Sequence record: DRR723986_4994
Strand: one strand, 5' to 3'
Length of the DNA stretch: 64,000 nt
Under the pieces are notes generated by a model. That model did no database searches. It saw only the letters and a program-made list of their open reading frames with translations, and had not been told where the DNA came from. This document shows positions 8,737-16,693 of this stretch, in pieces (within the stretch, counting starts at the first letter, position 1; each line of letters starts with the position of its first letter). Both the position numbers and the translations under genes were made by a program.

Positions 8737-10260
8737 TTACCAGCTACTGCCCGAACCACCACTTCCTGACTTGCCTCCACCATAAGAAGAGCCACTAGAG
8801 CTGCTAGAAGAAGAACTGCTTGATGAAGATGAGCTGGAGGAGCTAGAACTGCTAGAAGAAGAACTCGACCAACTCGAGGTTGAACTTGAAGAACTGTAAC
8901 TCGACCCACTAGAATAATTGGTGTAAATAGGTTTTTTTCGTTGAGTTTGTAAATTGGTATACTCTTGACAATTCGTACAATAAAATTTGGAGTTCACTGT
9001 TTGATCTCGCCCATCATCTTTGAGAATCTCTAGCGAAAGATATTTTAGTTTTTTAAATGAGCATTTTCCGCATTGTTTGTATTTGTTGTAGTACTTGCCG
9101 TGACTTGGTTTTTTCCAGAATGACCATTGTTTATCAAAGTGTTTGACTACCACTTCAGACATGTCTTCATTCGCCCAAATTTTAATCAGTTTTGAACCTA
9201 CATCTCCGGCACCAACTAATTTTTTAGATAGGGCGACATTGGCTTGATGACCATTGAGACGTTTTAATACATTTCCAGTTTTTTCACTGACGATTTTTCG
9301 TCCACTAGGTCCTTGATCTTGCTTTTTCCAAATGTATTTAGAGACTCTTATAATTGGATAAAAGAATAAAAACGGTACTGGAAACAGCAACGCAATAAGC
9401 AGATGATCTGCCCACCATATTTTTTTGTACCGCTCATAGGGAGTTAATGATTTACTTGATATGGCAACACTGAACTTGAACAGAAAGATCAGGGTCGGTA
9501 TGGCTGCTATTATCATTGAAATAGCTAAAAAAAGTAAAACTAGGAAACCTTCTCCTGAGTTCAGGAAATCCTGAAGAGATGTATATTCTTTGTTATATTC
9601 ATAAGGTTCATACCCTTCATTTTGATAGGTGTCAGGTTCTGGCCTGATTAAATAGTCTGGCGTGTTATTTTGCAAGACAGCAATACTTGCCTCAACTCCT
9701 TTGATAATTCCCAATTCGTAATTCCCTTCTTTGTAATGAGGAATCATGTCAATTTGCTGAATTTGCTGACATTGCCAATCTGTAAGTACAGATTCAGTTC
9801 CGTATCCTGTAATGAATTCAATTCTACGAATATCCATTACGTTGAAAATGAGCAAGCCATTATCTTGTCCTTCTTCACCAATTCCCCAAAGGTTAAACAG
9901 GTCGGTGCCGAAAATTCGCATGTTCTGATCTCCAATTGAATCTAAATTGACTATTGCAACTTGGTAGCCCAGTGAATCTTCTAAATTTATCAATAGACTG
10001 TCGATATAATGAATGGCAGAATCTGAAAGTAATTGAGCGGCATCAGTGACTCTACTACCATTAAATTCACGCATGTTTTTAACATCCGAAAAGTCTAATT
10101 TCCAATAAGTTGTTGTGTCAATTGAAAATTGTTCTATTAAGGTGTTTATAAGACTATCTTGCTTTTGTTTAAGGCTGTCCGAATTAACCGACAGGCTGTC
10201 CACATTTTGCGAATAAACAGAGAATGTCAATAAAAAAACTATGAATAAAAGCCATTTCAT
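8737..10260 (-). CDS. TPM-domain membrane protein with C-terminal Zn-ribbon and poly-Ser/Gly tail
   Basis: Start MKWLLF; TPM motifs LFNLWGIGEEGQDNGLL and IEFITGYGTESVLTD; two TM segments; CGKC...CTNC; ends GGSGSSW. Confidence 0.85.
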   Translation of the reverse strand: MKWLLFIVFLLTFSVYSQNVDSLSVNSDSLKQKQDSLINTLIEQFSIDTTTYWKLDFSDVKNMREFNGSRVTDAAQLLSDSAIHYIDSLLINLEDSLGYQVAIVNLDSIGDQNMRIFGTDLFNLWGIGEEGQDNGLLIFNVMDIRRIEFITGYGTESVLTDWQCQQIQQIDMIPHYKEGNYELGIIKGVEASIAVLQNNTPDYLIRPEPDTYQNEGYEPYEYNKEYTSLQDFLNSGEGFLVLLFLAISMIIAAIPTLIFLFKFSVAISSKSLTPYERYKKIWWADHLLIALLFPVPFLFFYPIIRVSKYIWKKQDQGPSGRKIVSEKTGNVLKRLNGHQANVALSKKLVGAGDVGSKLIKIWANEDMSEVVVKHFDKQWSFWKKPSHGKYYNKYKQCGKCSFKKLKYLSLEILKDDGRDQTVNSKFYCTNCQEYTNLQTQRKKPIYTNYSSGSSYSSSSSTSSWSSSSSSSSSSSSSSSSSSSSSSSSSGSSYGGGKSGSGGSGSSW

Positions 10261-10261
10261 G

Positions 10262-11683
10262 TTACCAGCTAGAGCCTCCCCCTCCACCTCCTGAAGATCC
10301 TCCTCCGAATGAAGAACCTCCGCCTCCGCTATATCCTCCGCCACTACTGTATCCACCAGAACTTGAAGAGCTTGAACGCGTTTTTTGAGGTATTGTATAG
10401 GTGGTTATTTTGCTGTGCCCACAGTTCTTGCATGAGTATTTGCGTTCTCCCGTTCCTGAACTAGAATAGGTGGCTGCTGATATTACCCGATCATATTCTT
10501 TATAATACGTTTTGAATTTACATTTCGGACATTTTCTGTATTTACTGAACCATTTTTTATAGGCAAGAATTAGAACTTCTGAATCATCTTCTGTTACCCA
10601 GACGTCATAATCAATTGATTTGATGGTTTCTTCTTTGATTTGTCCTTGTTTAAGATGTTTGTCGTCACTTTGTTCATCTAATTTTATCATATAGGTGCCA
10701 TTTGCCTCACTGAATCGTTCTGTATTTCTCCAGCGCTCCATCAATTTTTTATTGAAGAATAAAAGGATGACGAAAGGAATAGGAAATAAAATAGGAACAA
10801 TTAAAACCGTGAACACTTTCAAGGTGTGATAGCGTTTGTGCAAATCTTTGATCAAAAAAGACAACAATAGAACTATGAGGTAAATAATCGATAAGGCAAT
10901 ACAAATTTTGAAGTAGAGCACCATAAATCCTCTTTTGTACCAAGGCTTTCTTTCATATTTAGACTCGTATTCTGGATAATCATAAGAGTTGCTTGAATAG
11001 TCTGCTGGTTCGGTAAAGTAATCTCTCGGAACGCCATAAAAAACGTCAGACACGCCCTGAACGCCTCTGATCACTCCTGTCACATAATCGTTGTTTTTAA
11101 AATGAGGAATCATTTCATTCTGACGGATATCTTCGCCTTGCAAATCGGTGAGTACCGTTTCAGTGCCATATCCATTGATAAATTCAACTCTGTGAACGTC
11201 ATTGATAACCAACATTAAAAAACCATTGTCTTTGCCTTGTTCACCAACTCCCCAGTGGTTGAATAAATCTGTCCCAAACATATTCGGATTATTATCTCCA
11301 ATTGAGTTCAAACAAACAACCGTCATTTGAAAACCGGTTTGCGATTCGGTGTTTTTAATGATTCTATTAATGGTATCAATTGCAGCTTGAGTAAGCATTT
11401 GATGGGGGTCTGAAACACGAGAATCATTGATTGGGCGATTGTTCACCACCTTCTTATAATCGCTAATAACCCCATTGGTGTTGATGGAATTATAGTTATC
11501 GTTCGCTTCAGAAGAGGATAAGGGTTGAAAATATTCAGAGAAGGGGCTAACCTTTATTTCGTTGACTTCTTCAATGTGGTCTAATGAATCTAACTCATCT
11601 TGGCCAAATGCTGGTCCCCAAAAAAGTAGAATTAATAAAAATGAACACGACTTATAAATCGCTGAAATAAGGCTTGACTTCAT
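10262..11683 (-). CDS. TPM-domain membrane protein (paralog) with Zn-ribbon and Gly/Ser tail
   Basis: LFNHWGVGEQGKDNGFL, VEFINGYGTETVLTD, MIPHFK; two TM segments; CPKC...CKNC; ends GGGGGSSW. Confidence 0.85.
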   Translation of the reverse strand: MKSSLISAIYKSCSFLLILLFWGPAFGQDELDSLDHIEEVNEIKVSPFSEYFQPLSSSEANDNYNSINTNGVISDYKKVVNNRPINDSRVSDPHQMLTQAAIDTINRIIKNTESQTGFQMTVVCLNSIGDNNPNMFGTDLFNHWGVGEQGKDNGFLMLVINDVHRVEFINGYGTETVLTDLQGEDIRQNEMIPHFKNNDYVTGVIRGVQGVSDVFYGVPRDYFTEPADYSSNSYDYPEYESKYERKPWYKRGFMVLYFKICIALSIIYLIVLLLSFLIKDLHKRYHTLKVFTVLIVPILFPIPFVILLFFNKKLMERWRNTERFSEANGTYMIKLDEQSDDKHLKQGQIKEETIKSIDYDVWVTEDDSEVLILAYKKWFSKYRKCPKCKFKTYYKEYDRVISAATYSSSGTGERKYSCKNCGHSKITTYTIPQKTRSSSSSSGGYSSGGGYSGGGGSSFGGGSSGGGGGGSSW

Positions 11684-12671
11684 ATTGTGGATATTTATCG
11701 GCATTCTTTTTCACTAGTATATTGTACGCCTTCACTGCCTCATTATAGTTTTTTTTCTCGTAAGCTATTCTGTTCTCAGAACTTTCAATTTGCATCATTA
11801 AATTGTTGATGTTTTCGCTTTCACCAGATTCTTTCGCCAAATGCTTAGCTTCTTGTATAGTGGCATTCAAATCATTTTCTAATTGGAATCGCTCTTCTCC
11901 TTCGGATGATTTTATTTTATCCTGTAAATCCTGAATGGTTTGATTAAGCGCACGTGATTCTTCAGTTGAAGTATTAATGGTTGCAATTAAGTCAGGAATC
12001 AAATTATTCCTTCTATCAATAGCGGTTTGAACATAATCCCATTTTGAAAAAACCTCTTCTTCAGATTCGATTAATTGATCCAAGACCTGGTCATTTTCAG
12101 TTTCACTAGATGTCTGGCTCGATCCACTTGAATCATCTGATTGAAAAGAAATAGAAAGAATAACCACCAAAATTAGAATTGCTGCAGCAACAACAATCAG
12201 GATCTTTTTTCTCGAACTGTTGTCTGATTCTAAAATCCTTCTTTTTTTATCAATTGTGCTTAAGACATTCACAGCGATTTGATCTCTTGGATCTACCTTA
12301 AGTTCTTTTCTGGCGTGGAATTCTGCTTTATCACGATCTTCATTAGAATGGCTCTGTAACCAAAGCATCATGTAGGCCTTAGCCAAAACGGCATTCCCGT
12401 TTTCAATGTAAGGGTTTATAGCGGTTGCTTTCTTGGCCTCTTCTATGGCTTCGGTAAAGTTTCTCGCTTTCAAATGGTCATCCGCCGCTTTTAAATGAAC
12501 ATGGGCAGATTGTTGAAGTTTATCCCATTCTTCAGTGGTCAAGCCCATACTTAAGGCAAGCTCCTTCAATTCGTCCATGGTTAATGGACGCTCTTCTAAT
12601 GTTTCATCTGTTTGAGCAGCTTCAACAACTGCTTTTATATGCGCCTTAAACTTTTCTTCTCCGTAATCCAT
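11652..12671 (-). CDS. LemA-family protein with N-terminal TPR-like domain
   Basis: C-terminal LemA motifs WDYVQTAIDRRNNLIPDL and QIESSENRIAYEKKNYNEAVKAYN; central TM helix; N-terminal TPR-like helices (AIEEAKKATAINP, LKVDP). Confidence 0.75.
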   Translation of the reverse strand: MDYGEEKFKAHIKAVVEAAQTDETLEERPLTMDELKELALSMGLTTEEWDKLQQSAHVHLKAADDHLKARNFTEAIEEAKKATAINPYIENGNAVLAKAYMMLWLQSHSNEDRDKAEFHARKELKVDPRDQIAVNVLSTIDKKRRILESDNSSRKKILIVVAAAILILVVILSISFQSDDSSGSSQTSSETENDQVLDQLIESEEEVFSKWDYVQTAIDRRNNLIPDLIATINTSTEESRALNQTIQDLQDKIKSSEGEERFQLENDLNATIQEAKHLAKESGESENINNLMMQIESSENRIAYEKKNYNEAVKAYNILVKKNADKYPQYEVKPYFSDL

Positions 12672-12691
12672 AATTGCTTAAACCAATATAA

Positions 12692-12904
12692 TCAAACTAT
12701 TTTTATCTCAATATCCTCAAACTGAACAATATCACCTGATCGCAATTTTTTACGCTTTTGAGTTTCTATTTTTCCGTTGACTTTTATTGATTCTTCTTCA
12801 ATCAATATTTTAGCATGACCACCAGTTTGCGCTATTTGCTGTACTTTGAGCAATTTCATTAATTCTATAAATTCAGAATCTTCTTTGAGTTTGAATGTGT
12901 TCAT
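12692..12904 (-). CDS. S4-domain RNA-binding protein (YbcJ/YaaA-like)
   Basis: FIELMKLLK...TGGHAK...VNGKIETQKRKKLRSGD. Confidence 0.9.
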   Translation of the reverse strand: MNTFKLKEDSEFIELMKLLKVQQIAQTGGHAKILIEEESIKVNGKIETQKRKKLRSGDIVQFEDIEIKIV

Positions 12905-13953
12905 TTTTTTGAATTGTAATAATTTATTATGCTTTCTGAAGCCTGAAAAGAGGTGATTTCTCCTTTGTCCAGAAGTTCTGAAATTTCATTGATTTTGTCT
13001 TGTATACCTACCGTATTATTGAATTCTTGCATCAATCGTTCTTGTACTGATTGATTCATCCAATATCTTTTTTGCTCATTCCTTTTTTTATCAAACCACC
13101 CAGACGGTTTTGTTTGTCGCTCGAATTCTTGAATGATATCCCAGGCCTTTTCAATGCCTTTTTCTTCCAATGCACTGATGGTTTCTACTTTTGGAATCCA
13201 GTTGTTTTCGTTGGCTGGAAATAGGTGTAAGGCATTTTTATATTCCGCTCTTGCCAAATTGGCCATTTTCACATTCTTTCCGTCAGTTTTAGTAATAAGG
13301 ATACTGTCTGCCATCTCCATTATTCCGCGTTTGATGCCTTGAAGTTCGTCACCAGCACCTGCTAACATTAATAACAGAAAGAAATCAGTCATGGAATGAA
13401 CGGCAATTTCCGACTGTCCAACTCCTACTGTTTCTATGAGGATAATATCAAATCCAGCTGCTTCACATAAAATAATGCTCTCTCTTGTTTTTCGTGCAAC
13501 CCCGCCTAAAGAACCAGCGCTTGCCGAGGGTCTTATGAATGCTTTTTCGTTGACAGATAATGAGGTCATCCGCGTTTTGTCGCCTAAAATTGACCCACCA
13601 GATTTTTCACTGCTAGGATCAATGGCCAGGACAGCCACTTTTTTACCTTGATTGATGAGGTAGGTTCCAAAGCTTTCAATGAATGTACTTTTCCCTACAC
13701 CTGGAACTCCAGTTATTCCTATTCGAATTGAATTTCCAGCTAGGGGTAATGCCATTTTTAAGAGCTCTTGAGATTTTGAAATATCTTCTGATTTAATGCT
13801 CTCAATAAGGGTAATGCCTTCTGCCAATCCTGATTTGTCTCCAGATTTGATTTTGTCAAAAATTTCTTGCGGAGACAAATGAGCTTTGTGTGCTCGTTTG
13901 CTGGCGATTAATTGCGCTATCTTATTTTTATGTGCTTTGTTTTCCTTTGCCAT
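12901..13953 (-). CDS. meaB: Methylmalonyl-CoA mutase-associated GTPase MeaB
   Basis: RIGITGVPGVGKST, LAIDPSS, GGSILGDKTRM, ETVGVGQSE, GAGDELQGIKRG; start MAKENK coupled by TAATG. Confidence 0.93.
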   Translation of the reverse strand: MAKENKAHKNKIAQLIASKRAHKAHLSPQEIFDKIKSGDKSGLAEGITLIESIKSEDISKSQELLKMALPLAGNSIRIGITGVPGVGKSTFIESFGTYLINQGKKVAVLAIDPSSEKSGGSILGDKTRMTSLSVNEKAFIRPSASAGSLGGVARKTRESIILCEAAGFDIILIETVGVGQSEIAVHSMTDFFLLLMLAGAGDELQGIKRGIMEMADSILITKTDGKNVKMANLARAEYKNALHLFPANENNWIPKVETISALEEKGIEKAWDIIQEFERQTKPSGWFDKKRNEQKRYWMNQSVQERLMQEFNNTVGIQDKINEISELLDKGEITSFQASESIINYYNSKK

Positions 13954-14534
13954 TATGGGGTAGACGTGGTGTCTAAAGATGCTGTTTTGTATTGCGATAT
14001 CCATCCAGGCGTCTGGACATCTTTCAGCAGTTTAAACAAACTATCACCGTAAATATAGTCAGTTAAAAAGTTATCTAAGCCATAAGTTTCTCTTAAGAAT
14101 TGACTTTGTGCGGCTGAAGGTTTGTATTGACCTTTGCTCCATCCCATCTGGTCGTATTGATAAGGATGTTCATAAAATCTAATTTTCCATAATTGGTCAA
14201 AAATAGGAGCATAATAACCTATGATTTTATTACTCTCATTTCTCACTAAAAAACAGCTGTCAATATTGTATTTCGCAAAATAATCTTCACGGTCATTATT
14301 TACAGGATGAGGCCAATGCCCTAGAGCCGTATGAATAAACCGATCTTGTGAAACAACTTCTGCACCGATTACTTTGCCATTGATGGTTTTAACAAATGCA
14401 TAAGTGATTAATTGTGAATGTGCTGAGGTAAAGAATCCAATTGCAAAATGACTTTGTTGCCGGTGATTTTGACCCTTCGAAAAACTCGAAAGGCATAAGC
14501 ATAAAGACAATAAAAAGACTCTTAGTAACCTCAT
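13953..14534 (-). CDS. Hypothetical secreted protein
   Basis: Probable start MRLLRVFLL with signal peptide; stop overlaps the meaB start. Confidence 0.65.
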   Translation of the reverse strand: MRLLRVFLLSLCLCLSSFSKGQNHRQQSHFAIGFFTSAHSQLITYAFVKTINGKVIGAEVVSQDRFIHTALGHWPHPVNNDREDYFAKYNIDSCFLVRNESNKIIGYYAPIFDQLWKIRFYEHPYQYDQMGWSKGQYKPSAAQSQFLRETYGLDNFLTDYIYGDSLFKLLKDVQTPGWISQYKTASLDTTSTP

Positions 14535-14560
14535 TACTAGTTCAATTGACATAAAAATAT

Positions 14561-14575
14561 GCAAATCACAGGCCA
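14561..14575 (-). promoter_or_regulatory. Putative sigma54 (-24/-12) promoter TGGCCTGTGATTTGC
   Basis: GG-N10-GC spacing with TGGC...TTGC, ~26 nt upstream of the 14534 start. Confidence 0.5.
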
Positions 14576-14629
14576 TTTGCAATCAAATGACCCTGAATAG
14601 TTTACTGAAATTTGGGCGAAAAGTTCGTT

Positions 14630-15622
14630 TTATTGGTTGACAATAATTACTGAAAGCACTCCTTGAATTTGATTTGCCGTTCCTGACGACACATTAACGT
14701 CTGCGGTACCTCCACCATCTTTAACAACTACTGATATGGTATGTGTGCCAGCAGATAGTGCATAAGACTTACCAAATGACCAATTATCGATCATGTTAGC
14801 TAAGCCAGAAGTGTTTGCAGAAACCACCCTTTGCTGGCCTCCAGGACCTACTAAAGCCCCGTCCACGTAAATGGCAAAATCAGCAATGCCATAGGTTGTT
14901 CCTGTTCCAACGGTTTGAACACCACCATTGGTGTGAACAAATACTTTTGAATTTGCAGGAACGGTTATCGTTTTAGAAAGACCCGGAACAGTGGTGTACG
15001 AAGTTGATGCTGCCGTCAAAGTTATTTGAGCAGAACCATATGCATCTGAAGCATCTTGTCCAGCAGTGGAGTTGGGCATAGCTGAACATACCCAGGCACT
15101 ACCGTTGTACATTGCGATTTCGTTTGTAGAACAACTCAATCCTGCCAAAACATCTGTATTGTCATCACCGTCCAAAAGGTCTGCAGGTACATTAGCAACA
15201 TCCGTCCAATCAATAGAGGATACTGTTTTTGCGTTTAAGGCATAGGGTACGGAAAGCAGTTGAGTAGCCCCTACCAAAGTATAATTAGTTCCTCCAGTTG
15301 GGTCCATGCTGATGCTTAAAAAATAGATCGCATTGCCCCAATCAATAGTCGAGAAATTCCCACTGACAGTTGTACCTCCACCAATTGTCAAATTAACAAT
15401 TCCAAGGTTATTTGTGGTCCCTGAATGAGTTTCAGTATAAACAGAAGTTCCTCCTGAAGAGTTCTGTAGAATTGATATTTCAAAGCCTACCAATTGATTT
15501 GAAATTACAAGTCCTGCTGCATTACGTACAATAGCTTGATACTTGAATGCATCTGGTGTTTGAGAGTAAGTAAAACTGCCAACTGTGAAGATTAGGAGTA
15601 ATAGAATTAATAGTTTTTTCAT
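14630..15622 (-). CDS. Secreted fibre/adhesin-like protein with the Bacteroidota 'YQAIVRN...SVPYA' N-terminal domain
   Basis: Signal peptide; FKYQAIVRN...IDW...QLLSVPYALNA domain; short linker with two Cys; beta-rich Thr/Gly C-terminal domain. Confidence 0.65.
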   Translation of the reverse strand: MKKLLILLLLIFTVGSFTYSQTPDAFKYQAIVRNAAGLVISNQLVGFEISILQNSSGGTSVYTETHSGTTNNLGIVNLTIGGGTTVSGNFSTIDWGNAIYFLSISMDPTGGTNYTLVGATQLLSVPYALNAKTVSSIDWTDVANVPADLLDGDDNTDVLAGLSCSTNEIAMYNGSAWVCSAMPNSTAGQDASDAYGSAQITLTAASTSYTTVPGLSKTITVPANSKVFVHTNGGVQTVGTGTTYGIADFAIYVDGALVGPGGQQRVVSANTSGLANMIDNWSFGKSYALSAGTHTISVVVKDGGGTADVNVSSGTANQIQGVLSVIIVNQ

Positions 15623-15623
15623 T

Positions 15624-16091
15624 TTATTGTTTGATTATTGTTGTTGTTTTAAAATGTCCGTTATCTGAAACAATGTTTAACAGATATGTTCCAGCGGAAA
15701 GGGTAGAAAGATCAATTACTAATGGTGCATATCCAGAATAGTTCTTTATCAGTTGAACTTGTCCTAATGCGTCAATGATTTGAATTTTCATTTCTTCATT
15801 GGTTTCAGGTATTTCTATATAAAGATCACCCAATGTGGGATTAGGATATGAATTTATAGTTATTTGATTGATTTGATGAATGTCACCGGGTTCATCAAAT
15901 ATCTGCTGAAATCCTTCGGTTAAATAATTTGTCGCATTAGCATAAGTCTCAATCGCGACTTCACCAACCGTCCATTCCAGACTGTATCCAGGAAAAGTTC
16001 CGGAACCTCCATTTGCGCCTACTACTTCTAAAGAGAATATTTGACCATACCCAGAAATTGAAAAAAGCAGCAACAAAAAGGTAAGTCTCAT
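15624..16091 (-). CDS. Small T9SS type-A CTD protein
   Basis: Start MRLTFLLL; LEWTVGE...LTEGFQQ domain, then YPNP...IDLSTLSAGTYLLNI...TTTIIKQ CTD. Confidence 0.8.
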   Translation of the reverse strand: MRLTFLLLLFSISGYGQIFSLEVVGANGGSGTFPGYSLEWTVGEVAIETYANATNYLTEGFQQIFDEPGDIHQINQITINSYPNPTLGDLYIEIPETNEEMKIQIIDALGQVQLIKNYSGYAPLVIDLSTLSAGTYLLNIVSDNGHFKTTTIIKQ

Positions 16092-16150
16092 AATTATTTT
16101 GATTAGATAGGTATCCAAATATAGCGATTTTAACCGCACAAAAAAAGAGA

Positions 16151-16501
16151 CTATTTACGTCTCTTTTTTCTAATGTATTCCTTATTGCGACTAAGTAATC
16201 GCCACCATTCTTCGTTTTCTTCACCTTCTCTGAAAACTCTGATAGCACCTGCTCGGACGAGAATTTTTCTCAATTCATCATCCTCAAATCCTCCCATATG
16301 ATTTTTGAGCGTTTCAAAAGATCGATCAGTAAAGGACTTGTGGCTTAAGAAATGAATAACCGTAGTTTCGGCCATGAAATCGGTCTTTTGTTCGAGATTA
16401 ATAGCTGCAATTTCATGTCTGAATTTTAAAAATTGGAGAAGAAATGATATTAATCCTCCAATGAAAGCTGAAACCCCAGCAATAATAATTGTTTCTGTCA
16501 T
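16151..16501 (-). CDS. Hypothetical protein with N-terminal TM helix
   Basis: 116-aa ORF: hydrophobic N-terminus plus a compact soluble domain (RSFETLK...DDELRKILVRAGA...EWWRL). Confidence 0.7.
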   Translation of the reverse strand: MTETIIIAGVSAFIGGLISFLLQFLKFRHEIAAINLEQKTDFMAETTVIHFLSHKSFTDRSFETLKNHMGGFEDDELRKILVRAGAIRVFREGEENEEWWRLLSRNKEYIRKKRRK

Positions 16502-16616
16502 AATTGTATGTGTTTTAAATCTACTTTAATATACAATTTGAGGCCGTAAACTATGTACGTTTTGTCACCCAAAATCATTCAAAAATGTCAATATTTCAAA
16601 GGATGTGAGCGTATTT

Positions 16617-16657
16617 CAGTCATTGTGTCAGTTATTGGCTCATGGCACATCAATTGA
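16617..16657 (+). promoter_or_regulatory. Putative sigma54-like promoter of htpG with upstream TGTCA box
   Basis: CAGTCATTGTGTCA-N12-TGGCACATCAATTGA (GG-N10-GA), ~36 nt before the htpG ATG. Confidence 0.55.
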
Positions 16658-16693
16658 CTATTGATTCTCGAACAATTAAAAAAGAATTAAAAA

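Noticed and set aside
8673..8909. N-terminal extension of ORF 8133..8909
   Set aside because: Alternative-frame read of the poly-Ser tail of the TPM gene; a signal-peptide start exists at 8672.
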